The notes: generated from the sequence alone by a model not told the origin. Positions 21,032 to 31,303 are shown, numbered from the stretch's first letter. The stretch: DNA of 64,000 bases from an uncultured beta proteobacterium (GCA_903826775.1 CAIKFU010000050.1:5618-69617); one strand, 5' to 3'. Translations and numbers: made by a program.

Positions 21032-21939
21032 AAGAACAAATCCTCCAATGAATGCCGTGCAATTCCAAAATCCTCCACTAACGCATCACGGGAATTTTTA
21101 GGCAAGACATTTGGAATCGCCATGGATGCGATATTGTCTCGAGACATTAAAGTTCGAAACGGCAATAACTCAAACATCATAGCTTGCAAATACCCCAAAA
21201 ATTGAGGGATAGAAATGACCAGGCAATAAGTTCTTGCCTTACGAGCGGAAAAATTAACAATCTCTTTCATAGTTAACACTTGTGGGCCCACTAGATCATA
21301 TGCGTGATGTATGGTTTTACTCTTACTCAATGCCTGTAAAAATGCGCTAGCCACATCATCCACATTTACAGGCTGAAATTTCGCAGTTGAATTTGCCAGC
21401 GGCAATATGGGAAAGATTTTGCACAATTTTATAAAAAGATTAATAAATTCATCATCGCGCCCAAAAATAACGGAAGGCCTAAAAATAGTCCAATCCAAAT
21501 GACTTTCCCGAATTGCGTTTTCAGCATCACCTTTGCTGCGTTGATACATGGAAGGACCGCTCGAATCGGCTCCAAGAGCACTCATATGCAAATACCTTTT
21601 TAACCCATATATTTGCATACAAGAAATGATATTTTTTACCAAAGTGACGTGCGCATCTCTAAAGACTTTTCCATATGGCACTGCTGGCTTATCGTGTAAA
21701 ACTCCTACTAAATTAATGACAACACCATTGGGTTTGACTTGCGAGCATAATTTTTTAAGTACATCAAACTCGCTGACATTCGCATCAACCAAATTCGTAT
21801 TTGGGAGCAACCGTAACTCATTTGAAGCAGAAATATTTCTTGTAGGCAATAAAACACGGAATCCATTCAATTGCAATTTAGCCGCCAACCTCCTTCCTAC
21901 AAACCCATTGCCTCCTATTAGCAATATATCGTATTTCAT
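21028..21939 (-). CDS. NAD(P)H-binding atypical SDR, complex I NDUFA9-like family
   Basis: [14 protein letters not shown] Rossmann motif, YQRSK (YxxxK), and a 4-nt overlap with the cca start. Confidence 0.8.
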   Translation of the reverse strand: MKYDILLIGGNGFVGRRLAAKLQLNGFRVLLPTRNISASNELRLLPNTNLVDANVSEFDVLKKLCSQVKPNGVVINLVGVLHDKPAVPYGKVFRDAHVTLVKNIISCMQIYGLKRYLHMSALGADSSGPSMYQRSKGDAENAIRESHLDWTIFRPSVIFGRDDEFINLFIKLCKIFPILPLANSTAKFQPVNVDDVASAFLQALSKSKTIHHAYDLVGPQVLTMKEIVNFSARKARTYCLVISIPQFLGYLQAMMFELLPFRTLMSRDNIASMAIPNVLPKNSRDALVEDFGIARHSLEDLFF

Positions 21940-21960
21940 TTATACCAGTGCTTCATCGGA

Positions 21961-23937
21961 TCAAGGTAAGTCATTTTGGTTCGCGGCCTTTGGATTAATA
22001 ACTCCCAACCGTTGCTTTAAAGATTGGACCTGGTCATGCATGACAGCAGAATAATAATTTGCATTTGATAGTACGTTTTTAACATAGGTTCTTGTTTCGT
22101 TAAATGGAATAGTTTCAGCAAAAATTGCCCCCTCAACAGAACCGCTTAATTTCTCTCTCCACTGTTTAGATCTCGATGGACCCGCGTTATAGGCAGCCGA
22201 TGCTAGAACCCATGAGCCGTCTAAATCAACCAAAACCATATTCAAATAATTGCTGCCCAATGTAAGATTGGTGCCGGTATCCCTCAACTGCTCATTAGTA
22301 TACGAATTCATTCCTATTTTCTTCGCCACATATTTCGCCGTATTTGGCATAACCTGCATCAATCCAGAGGCTCCAACCGATGAAGATGCGTTCATAATAA
22401 AACGCGATTCTTGACGAATGAGTCCATATGCCCAAGCCAAATTTAAGTCAATCTGTTTAGCGATTGGCATGAGTTCTTCTCTAAATGGTGTTGGATACCG
22501 CAAAGTAAAATCGTGGTCCTGTTTCGTCCTGTCCGCGGCACTTACAACTCGATCATACAAATTCACTCGCTTGGCATATTCCGCTGCAGCAATCAATTGT
22601 CGATCGCTCATGCCCCGCAATTCCCAATTCCATTCGCGGTTACCCTCAAAGCGCAAATTCATAGCATACAGTCGTTCTCCACGAATGAAACCTTTGCGTT
22701 CGGACATGTCACCAATTTCCTGATCCGAAATCTTAATTTTTGTTTGCGTATGCAAGTTTGCAGGTTTACCTAATTCTTCACGAGCTAACTGCCCATAAAA
22801 ATTAATTTGATCCTGTATTAATTCAAAGGTTTCATGGGCTTTTGAATCTTGCCCTGCGGCTTTCAAGGCGCGACCATACCAATAAGTCCAGGCTGGATCA
22901 CGGCTGCGAACTGCTGGATTCATACCCTCAATTGCATCCTTTACTAATACCCAATCCTGAGCACGTAAAGCCGCTCTAACTTTCCATTCCTGACTTTCAG
23001 CCGATAGTAACTCATTAAATCCGAGAGCTTGCTGAAGACGGTAAGCATCATCAGCATTGGAATCCAACTTCTTTCCTAAAAATTGGCCGATAACGGCCCA
23101 AGCTGCGGCTTGGTTCTCTTTTGTATACCGAGGGGCAATTTGTAAAAATTCACGGTAAGCTTTCGCTGGATCAGCTTTTGCTGATTTAACAATATCGCCT
23201 ATTGGATCTTCACCGCCGATCCTACGAGACATAGTATCAAAACCCATCTCACTCGCTGCGCGACCTATAGCTTTTGCCTCGCTTACACTAATTCCGTTTG
23301 TCTGCACTAACAACGGTACTAGCTCCTGGCAAGCCTGACCAAAATACCGTGGATCAAGCAACACCGAGCGAGCGTCTATACCAACTTTTGTAGCGCTCTC
23401 ACCTTTAGCTAGTCGAGATTGCAAGGCGTAGCATTTAACAGCGGTATCATCATCCAATACAAATTTGGAATACTCGCTATCAAAGTTGCGCCAATCCTTC
23501 CTTTTTCCCAATACCAATAGCCAATCATTACGCATACGATCAGCCAAGGCGTTTCCTTGGTATTGCGATAAAAATGCATTCACCTCAGCGTCTGCTGTGG
23601 TTTCAGATCGAGGCGCGCCTCCACTATCAAATAACTGCGGCTTTATCCGAAAATAAGTCACATAATCTTCAAATTCATAATTTGGAATAGTAGAAGCCAA
23701 TTGTTGCGCTCGAAATACATCATTTTTCTTGGCAGCCTCTCGCAAATCTATAAATATACGATCTGCATCCGTGATTTCTGCCGCTGCAGATTTATTCGCA
23801 TACGATTTTGGTAAGCTGATTTTTTTTGCCAAAACCTGTTCGCTCATCAAAAAAGATAAGCAAAGGAAGCACCCAAGTACCCCTGTCCAAGAAATCAGAT
23901 TTCTCAATAATTTTCTAGGAACAACCCTCTTCTCCAC
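21961..23937 (-). CDS. slt: Soluble lytic murein transglycosylase (Slt70-like)
   Basis: Signal peptide, long superhelical N-terminal region, and a C-terminal lysozyme-like domain with ESRF, GASGLMQVMP and AAYNAGP. Confidence 0.9.
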   Translation of the reverse strand: MEKRVVPRKLLRNLISWTGVLGCFLCLSFLMSEQVLAKKISLPKSYANKSAAAEITDADRIFIDLREAAKKNDVFRAQQLASTIPNYEFEDYVTYFRIKPQLFDSGGAPRSETTADAEVNAFLSQYQGNALADRMRNDWLLVLGKRKDWRNFDSEYSKFVLDDDTAVKCYALQSRLAKGESATKVGIDARSVLLDPRYFGQACQELVPLLVQTNGISVSEAKAIGRAASEMGFDTMSRRIGGEDPIGDIVKSAKADPAKAYREFLQIAPRYTKENQAAAWAVIGQFLGKKLDSNADDAYRLQQALGFNELLSAESQEWKVRAALRAQDWVLVKDAIEGMNPAVRSRDPAWTYWYGRALKAAGQDSKAHETFELIQDQINFYGQLAREELGKPANLHTQTKIKISDQEIGDMSERKGFIRGERLYAMNLRFEGNREWNWELRGMSDRQLIAAAEYAKRVNLYDRVVSAADRTKQDHDFTLRYPTPFREELMPIAKQIDLNLAWAYGLIRQESRFIMNASSSVGASGLMQVMPNTAKYVAKKIGMNSYTNEQLRDTGTNLTLGSNYLNMVLVDLDGSWVLASAAYNAGPSRSKQWREKLSGSVEGAIFAETIPFNETRTYVKNVLSNANYYSAVMHDQVQSLKQRLGVINPKAANQNDLP

Positions 23938-23984
23938 AATTTTGCCTTTTCATATTTACTACAAGTGTTCATTTTCGCTTGATA

Positions 23985-24617
23985 ATGCAAGCTATGCATA
24001 GCGAACCACTAAAAATTCTTCGCCAAAATCTATTGGCAAAGCGTATTATTTTTGCCGCAGATCCTGACGCCTCCATCCTAAAGGATAGGCTGCTAATCCT
24101 CCTAAATCAATTTCTGTCCCAATCTGGTAAAGAAATCCAAACTATTGCATTGTATTGGCCGATTCGTGGAGAAATTGACCTGCGGGCAACACTCATTTCC
24201 TGGTCTAAATGTTCACCAGCCAGACAATTAGCTCTTCCAGTAGTCCGTGAGGATAAACATTTAGATTTTTACACATGGAAAGAGGGGGATCCACTATCCG
24301 TAAACATTCACGGAATCTCAGAGCCTGACATCAATTACGCCTCTACAAGCCGCATTATTCCGGACTGTATTTTCATACCCTGTGTTGGCTGGTCATCAAC
24401 TTGTGAGGACGAATTAAAACACGTAAGCTACTGGCGATTAGGCTACGGTGGCGGGTATTTTGATCGCACCCTTCGCCAACTGCGCAACTCCAATCCATCT
24501 GTACTTTGTATTGGAGTTGGGTTTGATTTTCAAAAGCTAGATATTACCCAATGGCGATCTCAGGAACACGATGAGTCCTTATATGCAATGCTAACCGAAT
24601 CGGGATTTTATTCTTAA
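23985..24617 (+). CDS. 5-formyltetrahydrofolate cyclo-ligase
   Basis: LGYGGGYFDRTL motif and typical family length. The longest ORF starts at TTG 23979, with ATGs at 23985 and 23994. Confidence 0.85.
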   Translation: MQAMHSEPLKILRQNLLAKRIIFAADPDASILKDRLLILLNQFLSQSGKEIQTIALYWPIRGEIDLRATLISWSKCSPARQLALPVVREDKHLDFYTWKEGDPLSVNIHGISEPDINYASTSRIIPDCIFIPCVGWSSTCEDELKHVSYWRLGYGGGYFDRTLRQLRNSNPSVLCIGVGFDFQKLDITQWRSQEHDESLYAMLTESGFYS

Positions 24618-25441
24618 ACTAATCCAAGATTTTCAGCGATTGCCAATACTGTATCCGCCTGATTAAGTGAGTAGAAGTGTAAGCCCGGTGCCCCATCAGA
24701 CAAAAGTTGATCACATAAGTCAGTTACCACATCTTCACCAAACGCCCGAATCGATGCAACATCGTCACCATAGGACTGCAAACGCAAACGAATCCAACGT
24801 GGAATTTCTGCACCGCATGCCTCAGAGAAGCGAATTAATTGGGTGCTATTGGTAATGGGCATGATCCCAGGAATAATTGGTTGTACAACACCAAGATCAT
24901 TTGCCTCTTCTATAAAACGAAAGTAGGCATCACAATTAAAAAAATACTGTGTAATTGCAGAATTTGCTCCGGACTTCATCTTCTGCACAAAAAAATCTAG
25001 ATCCGATAAGGGAGACTTCGATTGTGGATGTGTTTCAGGATATGCCGCCACATCAATATGGAACCAATCCCCAGTTTCAGCCCTTATAAAATCAACCAAT
25101 TCATTGGCATGTAAAAATTCACCGTATTGACCCATACCTGAAGGCAAGTCACCACGTAAAGCAACAATACGACGAATGCCTAAATTACGATATTGAATCA
25201 ACATATCTCGCACACTTTCACGTGAGCTGCCTACGCACGATAGATGTGGAGCCGCCATTTCACCGGCGGCATGCATTTCACTAACAATTTGCAGAGTGCC
25301 TGATTGAGTAGACCCTCCAGCCCCAAATGTCACGGAATAAAATGAGGGCTTTAATTTTTGATTAAAGCGTTCACGCACAAGGCGTAACTTAATCTCCCCC
25401 TCAGGTGTTTTAGGAGGGAAAAATTCGACACTTATTTCCAT
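24614..25441 (-). CDS. metF: Methylenetetrahydrofolate reductase
   Basis: ISVEFFPPKT start and full-length MetF pattern (275 aa), immediately downstream of ahcY. Confidence 0.95.
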   Translation of the reverse strand: MEISVEFFPPKTPEGEIKLRLVRERFNQKLKPSFYSVTFGAGGSTQSGTLQIVSEMHAAGEMAAPHLSCVGSSRESVRDMLIQYRNLGIRRIVALRGDLPSGMGQYGEFLHANELVDFIRAETGDWFHIDVAAYPETHPQSKSPLSDLDFFVQKMKSGANSAITQYFFNCDAYFRFIEEANDLGVVQPIIPGIMPITNSTQLIRFSEACGAEIPRWIRLRLQSYGDDVASIRAFGEDVVTDLCDQLLSDGAPGLHFYSLNQADTVLAIAENLGLV

Positions 25442-25470
25442 GATTTTGGGCCCATTTCGTAACTTAAAAT

Positions 25471-26922
25471 TTAATAGCGATAATGCTCAGCTTTATAAGG
25501 GCCTTCTTTACTAACGCCTATATATGCAGCCTGTTGATCTGTTAACTCGGTTAATTGTGAATTTAACTTTTTCAATTGCAATCGAGCTACTTTCTCATCC
25601 AAATGTTTAGGTAGTGTATAAACGCCAATCGGATATTTTTTAGTTCCAACAGCGCCCCATAATTCGATTTGGGCAATCACTTGATTGGCAAATGATGAAC
25701 TCATCACATACGATGGGTGGCCAGTTCCACAACCCAAATTAACCAATCTACCTTTAGCTAAAATTATTAAACGTTTTTCAGGTTTTCCGTTGGCGGCGGG
25801 GAAAATCACATGGTCAACTTGGGGCTTAATTTCTTCCCAACGGTATTTTTCTATCCCTGCAATGTCTATTTCATTGTCGAAGTGCCCAATATTGCAAACA
25901 ATTGCCTGATCCTTCATTCGCGCCATATGGTCATGAGTAATCACATGGTAGTTACCGGTTGCCGAAACAAATATATCCGCCTTCTCAGCTGCATAATCCA
26001 TTGTCACAACTCGATAACCTTCCATAGCGGCTTGCAAAGCGCATATTGGATCAACTTCAGTAACCCAAACTTGTGCCGATAAAGCACGCAGAGCCTGTGC
26101 CGACCCTTTACCAACATCGCCATATCCACAAACAACGGCAACCTTGCCTGCAATCATGACATCCGTCGCACGCTTAATTGCATCAACCAAGGATTCACGG
26201 CAACCATAAAGATTGTCAAACTTGCTCTTTGTTACGGAATCATTCACATTAATTGCAGGAAATTTCAATTCGCCTTTTGCGAACATTTGATAGAGGCGAT
26301 GAACTCCTGTAGTAGTTTCCTCAGTAACACCTTCAACTTTTGCTAAGCGGGTTGAATACCAGAGTGGCTCTACGGCTAATTTGCTCTTAATTGCAGCAAA
26401 TAAAATTGTCTCTTCTTCGCTTGTAGGGTGATGCAATACCGCCTGATCTTTCTCTGCCTTTGCACCAAGGTGCAATAAGAGCGTTGCATCTCCACCGTCA
26501 TCCAAAATCATGTTGGTGAATCCGCCATCTGACCATTCGAATATTCTATGTGTGTAATCCCAATACTGCTCAAGACTTTCACCTTTAATTGCAAAAACAG
26601 GTGTTCCATTTGCAGCAATTGCAGCAGCCGCATGATCTTGAGTGGAAAATATATTGCAGGAAGCCCATTGCACTTCTGCACCAAGGGCCTCAAGAGTCTC
26701 TATTAATACCGCCGTTTGAATAGTCATATGTAACGAACCAGTAATGCGCGCGCCCCGCAAAGGCTGCCCCGCGGAAAACTCATCCCGAATGGCAATTAAG
26801 CCGGGCATTTCGGTTTCAGCGATTGCAATTTCTTTACGGCCAAAGTCCGCCAAAGAAATGTCTGCAATTGCACACTTGGTTGCTACAAAATCATTTAAAT
26901 TGAAATCAGATACGGAATTCAT
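25471..26922 (-). CDS. ahcY: Adenosylhomocysteinase
   Basis: 483 aa. [16 protein letters not shown]-binding motif, HFDNEID, C-terminal ..HYRY. Confidence 0.97.
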   Translation of the reverse strand: MNSVSDFNLNDFVATKCAIADISLADFGRKEIAIAETEMPGLIAIRDEFSAGQPLRGARITGSLHMTIQTAVLIETLEALGAEVQWASCNIFSTQDHAAAAIAANGTPVFAIKGESLEQYWDYTHRIFEWSDGGFTNMILDDGGDATLLLHLGAKAEKDQAVLHHPTSEEETILFAAIKSKLAVEPLWYSTRLAKVEGVTEETTTGVHRLYQMFAKGELKFPAINVNDSVTKSKFDNLYGCRESLVDAIKRATDVMIAGKVAVVCGYGDVGKGSAQALRALSAQVWVTEVDPICALQAAMEGYRVVTMDYAAEKADIFVSATGNYHVITHDHMARMKDQAIVCNIGHFDNEIDIAGIEKYRWEEIKPQVDHVIFPAANGKPEKRLIILAKGRLVNLGCGTGHPSYVMSSSFANQVIAQIELWGAVGTKKYPIGVYTLPKHLDEKVARLQLKKLNSQLTELTDQQAAYIGVSKEGPYKAEHYRY

Positions 26923-26954
26923 GAATGCTCCAGCTAAAACAGTTCATTGCTGGA

Positions 26955-26993
26955 GTAAAAACACTCGCTAGCCTTGAACTGAGGGTTAGCGAG
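26955..26993 (-). terminator. Intrinsic terminator forming the expression platform of the SAH riboswitch
   Basis: The minus strand reads CUCGCUA-N16-UAGCGAG followed by UGUUUUU. The 5' arm overlaps the GCGCUC 3' strand of the riboswitch pseudoknot. Confidence 0.7.
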
Positions 26994-27089
26994 CGCGGTT
27001 GCAAATTGTAGAATTGCTCGAAAGCAACCCTACACCCTTCAAGCCTGGGGATTGCCAATTTATTGCAATCCTTGCAACGCTCCTTGAAG
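26989..27089 (-). promoter_or_regulatory. SAH (S-adenosylhomocysteine) riboswitch aptamer in the ahcY-metF leader
   Basis: The minus strand reads CUUCAAGGAGCGUUGCAAGGAUUGC..GCAAUCCCCAGGCUUGAAG ... UGCAACCGCGCUCGC. It has P1 CUUCAAG/CUUGAAG, the conserved GGAGCG..UGC and AGGC blocks, and a 3' AAC.GCGCUC complementary to GAGCG. This matches the published SAH-element consensus as I remember it, and the genomic context (upstream of ahcY-metF in a betaproteobacterium) is canonical. Confidence 0.85.
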
Positions 27090-27121
27090 ATATGACGAAA
27101 TTGTAATCAATTTCGTCATAT
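27090..27121 (-). terminator. Perfect 14-bp stem-loop after metK (possible terminator or RNA-stabilising hairpin; no U-tract)
   Basis: ATATGACGAAATTG-ATTA-CAATTTCGTCATAT on the minus strand, about 30 nt after the metK stop and directly abutting the riboswitch P1. Confidence 0.45.
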
Positions 27122-27152
27122 TTGGTTTTAATGCCAATTTTTGAAATCTTTA

Positions 27153-28319
27153 CTACAGTCCTGCTGCTGCCTTAAGTATTGGAGCTTTATCACACTGCTC
27201 CCAGGTAAATTCTGGCTCTTCACGTCCAAAATGGCCATAAGCAGCCGTTTTACGATAAATCGGACGTAAAAGATTTAGCATTTTTACAATCCCCTTGGGG
27301 CGCAAATCGAAATGTTCGGCAACCAATTCCGCGATTTTTTCATCTGAAATTTTACCTGTGCCGTATGTGCTTACCATCACCGATGTTGGCTTAGCCACAC
27401 CTATCGCATATGAAATTTGGATTAGGCAGCGGCTAGCCAACCCAGCGGCAACCACATTCTTTGCAACATAACGACCAGCATAGGCTGCAGAACGATCAAC
27501 CTTAGATGGGTCCTTACCTGAGAATGCCCCGCCACCATGAGGGGCAGCGCCACCATAAGTATCAACAATAATTTTTCGACCCGTCAATCCGCAATCCCCT
27601 TGAGGTCCACCTATAACAAATCGGCCGGTTGGATTGACCAGATAATTTATAGCACCCTTAATCAAGTGCTTAGGTAATACAGGCTTAATAATTTCTTCTA
27701 TGACGGCTTCACGTAATTTCTCTAAGGAAATGTCTTCTGCATGTTGCGTAGACAACACAACTGTGTCAATTGAGTCGGGCTTACCATCAACATAACGCAA
27801 TGTCACTTGCGACTTTGCATCCGGACGCAGCCAATTTAAACGGCCATCACGACGTAATTGCGATTGACGCTCTACCAATCGATGTGAAAGATGGATCGGT
27901 AAAGGCATTAATTCAGCCGTTTCATCGCAAGCATAACCAAACATCAAGCCCTGATCGCCAGCACCTTGATCTAAACCGTCGTCATGAGCCTTATTAACGC
28001 CCTGAGCAATATCAGGGCTCTGTTTATCGTACGCAACCAAAACAGCGCAACCCTTGTAATCAATTCCGTACTCGGTATTGTCGTAGCCAATTTCTCTTAA
28101 GGTATTGCGCGCTACCTGAATGTAGTCTACGTTTGCATTTGTGGTAATTTCACCAGCCAGCACCACCAACCCTGTATTACAAAGCGTCTCAGCCGCCACC
28201 CGAGCAGTAGGGTCTTGGGTCAAAATCGCATCTAAAATCGCATCTGAAATTTGATCCGATACTTTGTCTGGGTGACCTTCAGAAACGGATTCTGAGGTGA
28301 AGAAATAATCATTTGCCAT
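27153..28319 (-). CDS. metK: S-adenosylmethionine synthase
   Basis: [32 protein letters not shown] and GGGAFSGKD motifs, 388 aa. Confidence 0.97.
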   Translation of the reverse strand: MANDYFFTSESVSEGHPDKVSDQISDAILDAILTQDPTARVAAETLCNTGLVVLAGEITTNANVDYIQVARNTLREIGYDNTEYGIDYKGCAVLVAYDKQSPDIAQGVNKAHDDGLDQGAGDQGLMFGYACDETAELMPLPIHLSHRLVERQSQLRRDGRLNWLRPDAKSQVTLRYVDGKPDSIDTVVLSTQHAEDISLEKLREAVIEEIIKPVLPKHLIKGAINYLVNPTGRFVIGGPQGDCGLTGRKIIVDTYGGAAPHGGGAFSGKDPSKVDRSAAYAGRYVAKNVVAAGLASRCLIQISYAIGVAKPTSVMVSTYGTGKISDEKIAELVAEHFDLRPKGIVKMLNLLRPIYRKTAAYGHFGREEPEFTWEQCDKAPILKAAAGL

Positions 28320-28548
28320 TGTGTTTTTCCTTTATAAATGAACACGATCAATTTAGGACAACTCGACGTGCCAGAAACCACAACGGCGACGCTTTAGCAG
28401 AATTTATTAAACGCCCTGCAAGTTGTCTTAACTCGGCGATTTTGCTATTTTACCAAATACGTCCAACTTTGGCAAATTCCTTAAAATTAAGCCAATTTAC
28501 TGAGCTTTCAGAATTGTCCGGTCGACTCCTATTGAATATCATTGTCTA

Positions 28549-29409
28549 GTGCGTAAATTTCTTCTCAATTTAGTCCTAAATGGCCTTGCAGCCCTTCCCC
28601 TTGCTGCTGCTCAGGGTGTAGGCGCCTTTTTGGGGGCGATTGCATATCTTGGATCCTCAAAATATCGCCGATTATTTCGCCAAAATTATCTTGCAGCCAC
28701 CACCCAAAATCAACTACCTAAAAACCTTTGGGGCGCTATATTTGGATCTGGCATGCTACTAACCGACAGTCTTTGGATCTGGCGCAACCCGCAAAAGGCA
28801 CTAAATTTAATTGAAGTATTCAATTGGGACATAGTTGAAAGGGCCATTAATGGAGATCACGGGCTTTTGATGATGACACCCCACATTGGTGGGTTTGAAA
28901 TCATGCCAAGAATGCTTGCACAGCGACACAAGGCAACGATTTTATATCGACCAGTCCGTCAGCACTGGCTAAACGAAGTTGTTGAAGCTGGTAGAACTTT
29001 CCCCAATTTGCATTTTGTCCCAACTAATTTATACGGCGTACGGCAAATGACTAGGGCACTCACTCGAGGGGAGGCTATTGGGATCTTGCCCGACCAAGTG
29101 CCAAGCGGCGGCGAAGGTGTTTGGGCCAATTTTTTTGGTCGCCCCGCTTACACTACAACATTACCTGCCAAACTGGCAAATCGGCATAAATCGCCAATTA
29201 TCATGTTCGTTGCCAAACGGAAACCCTGCGGTGCCGGCTGGGTAATATCGGCCAAACAATTGCCTCCATTCCCAGAAGATTCGCTACTTGCAGCAACCGC
29301 TTTAAATCAAGCCATTGAAGAGGCAATTCAGGTGGCCCCAGAACAATTTATTTGGGCATACAACCGATTCAAGCATCCTAGTGGCGCAGAATTACCGCCA
29401 AACAAATAG
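28549..29409 (+). CDS. Lipid A late acyltransferase family protein (LpxL/HtrB-like), copy 1
   Basis: GTG start, N-terminal TM, acyltransferase HX4D/E-type motif (TPHIGGFE), C-terminal YNRFK. It is divergent from metK, as in other Burkholderiales. Confidence 0.8.
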   Translation: MRKFLLNLVLNGLAALPLAAAQGVGAFLGAIAYLGSSKYRRLFRQNYLAATTQNQLPKNLWGAIFGSGMLLTDSLWIWRNPQKALNLIEVFNWDIVERAINGDHGLLMMTPHIGGFEIMPRMLAQRHKATILYRPVRQHWLNEVVEAGRTFPNLHFVPTNLYGVRQMTRALTRGEAIGILPDQVPSGGEGVWANFFGRPAYTTTLPAKLANRHKSPIIMFVAKRKPCGAGWVISAKQLPPFPEDSLLAATALNQAIEEAIQVAPEQFIWAYNRFKHPSGAELPPNK

Positions 29410-29681
29410 TGCCTTTTTGAATATTCTCGATTCAAATTGTTATGTGGCATTTGGGGTTGGAACAATTGCACATGTGCACATGCCCCACTTCTGAATAATC
29501 AAATTTGAATACGCCATTGGCTAGCGTACTTCCTACGTTCTTTGCGATAGGGTTAATAACGATCCATCTAAATTAAACTCTATATTGAAAATCTTGTTCC
29601 TAAAAGACCTGCGGAGTACTATTGGATTCGTAACAAACTTTAAAATACCAGTGGTTGAAAAAATCATGATTAACAGTAAGG

Positions 29682-30599
29682 ATGCATTTGAAACCTAATC
29701 AAACTCGCCAACTTCGCTTTACAAAAATGCAGGGCACCGGGAACGATTTCATTGTATTGAATGGAATTAGTCAAGATTTAAGCAATATTAGTCCGGAACA
29801 ATGGCGTCAACTGGCACATCGCCAATTTGGCATTGGTGCCGATCAGTTTCTCATCGTTGAAAAATCATCGCATCCTGATGCGGATTTTCGCTATCGTATC
29901 TTTAACTCCGATGGCGGTGAAGTTGAGCAATGCGGAAATGGGTCGCGCTGCTTTGTTAGGTTTGTGCTTGATCAAGGCTTAAGTAAAAAAAATCCATTAC
30001 GCGTTGAGGTCGCACACACCATTCTTACGCTTGAGGCGCAAGATGACGGTCAAGTAAGGGTCAATATGGGGCCACCCATTTTCACTCTTGATGAAATTCC
30101 ATTCAACCCTGCGAATTTGGCAAGTAAACAGGAGTTTCATGAAACCCTATACGCCCTTCCGGTTGGATCCCATTCATCACTAATTGGAGGTCATGATGAT
30201 TGGATTGGGGTTTTATCAATGGGGAATCCCCATGCTGTTCAAGTTGTTGGTGACGTAGATAGCGCCCCAGTAGCACATGAAGGACCTGCAATTGAAAATC
30301 ACCCTGCATTTCCTAAAAAGGTTAATGCTGGATATGTCCAAATTCTTGATCGCCACTCCATTAAATTACGAGTATATGAACGCGGCGCTGGTGAAACCCT
30401 ATCTTGTGGAACGGGTGCATGTGCAGCAGTTGTCTCCGGGATTCGTCGTGGCCTTTTAGATTCTCCTGTTGCAGTTCATACTCGGGGCGGCAAATTAGAG
30501 ATTTCTTGGCCCGGCATGGTCGACAGTCAACCGCAACCCGTTATCATGACCGGTCCGGCAATTACCGTTTTTGAAGGTGAAATAGAGTTGCCTGCCTAA
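29682..30599 (+). CDS. dapF: Diaminopimelate epimerase
   Basis: [11 protein letters not shown], with catalytic Cys motifs CGNGSRC and SCGTGACA. Confidence 0.93.
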   Translation: MHLKPNQTRQLRFTKMQGTGNDFIVLNGISQDLSNISPEQWRQLAHRQFGIGADQFLIVEKSSHPDADFRYRIFNSDGGEVEQCGNGSRCFVRFVLDQGLSKKNPLRVEVAHTILTLEAQDDGQVRVNMGPPIFTLDEIPFNPANLASKQEFHETLYALPVGSHSSLIGGHDDWIGVLSMGNPHAVQVVGDVDSAPVAHEGPAIENHPAFPKKVNAGYVQILDRHSIKLRVYERGAGETLSCGTGACAAVVSGIRRGLLDSPVAVHTRGGKLEISWPGMVDSQPQPVIMTGPAITVFEGEIELPA

Positions 30600-30623
30600 T
30601 TAGTGAGGCGTATCTTTTATAGG

Positions 30624-31295
30624 CTAAATGACGCCATACCGCTCTCTGTAAGTTTTTACATCCGGCAGATATCGCTGTAATTTCAAATCATTTGATGCGG
30701 TTAAATAAGTCAACAAATCCCCAAGATTTGCAATCGATACCACCGGTAAGCCAAACTCACTCTCCACTGCTTGTACTGCAGATCTTTCGCCTATCTCGGT
30801 TGCAGTACCGGATTTCTCCATTCTGTCCAAGGCTATCAAAACAGCGACCGGCTCAGCGCCAGAGGCTCGAATTAACTCAACCGACTCGCGCACCGAAGTG
30901 CCTGCAGAAATTACATCATCAATGATGACCACCTTGCCTTTTACTGGCGCCCCAACTAATACACCGCCCTCACCATGATCCTTGGCTTCTTTACGGTTAT
31001 AGGCGTATGGCACATTGCAACCCATTTCCGCCAATGCTATAGACGTAGCTGCAACCAAAGTAATGCCTTTATATGCCGGACCAAATAACATATCAAATTC
31101 AATCTTTGATTGCATTAAGGCTTTTGCATAATAATGGCCTAGCGCACTAAGACGTGAACCATCATTAAACCCACCAGCATTAAAAAAATATGGGGAAAGC
31201 CGTCCCGCTTTCGTTTTAAACTCCCCAAACGATAAAACGTTTGCATCTAGGGCAAACTGTATAAAGTCGAATTGATTAGAATTTTTTGAGCTCAT
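30624..31295 (-). CDS. pyrE: Orotate phosphoribosyltransferase
   Basis: PRPP-binding motif VVIIDDVISAGTS and FGPAYKGI, 223 aa. Confidence 0.93.
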   Translation of the reverse strand: MSSKNSNQFDFIQFALDANVLSFGEFKTKAGRLSPYFFNAGGFNDGSRLSALGHYYAKALMQSKIEFDMLFGPAYKGITLVAATSIALAEMGCNVPYAYNRKEAKDHGEGGVLVGAPVKGKVVIIDDVISAGTSVRESVELIRASGAEPVAVLIALDRMEKSGTATEIGERSAVQAVESEFGLPVVSIANLGDLLTYLTASNDLKLQRYLPDVKTYRERYGVI

Positions 31296-31303
31296 AGGCC
31301 TAT

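Noticed and set aside
23938-23978. 6S RNA (ssrS), which in many proteobacteria lies directly upstream of the 5-formyl-THF cyclo-ligase gene.
   Set aside because: Only about 41 nt separate the divergent slt start from the cyclo-ligase ORF. That is far too short for a ~180-nt 6S RNA, and no suitable structure is visible.
28320-28548. A SAM riboswitch (SAM-II-, SAM-V- or SAM/SAH-like) in the metK leader.
   Set aside because: I see only isolated strings (CUUGC, AAAGCG). I cannot assemble the required pseudoknot pairing by eye, so this is not supportable without a covariance-model search.
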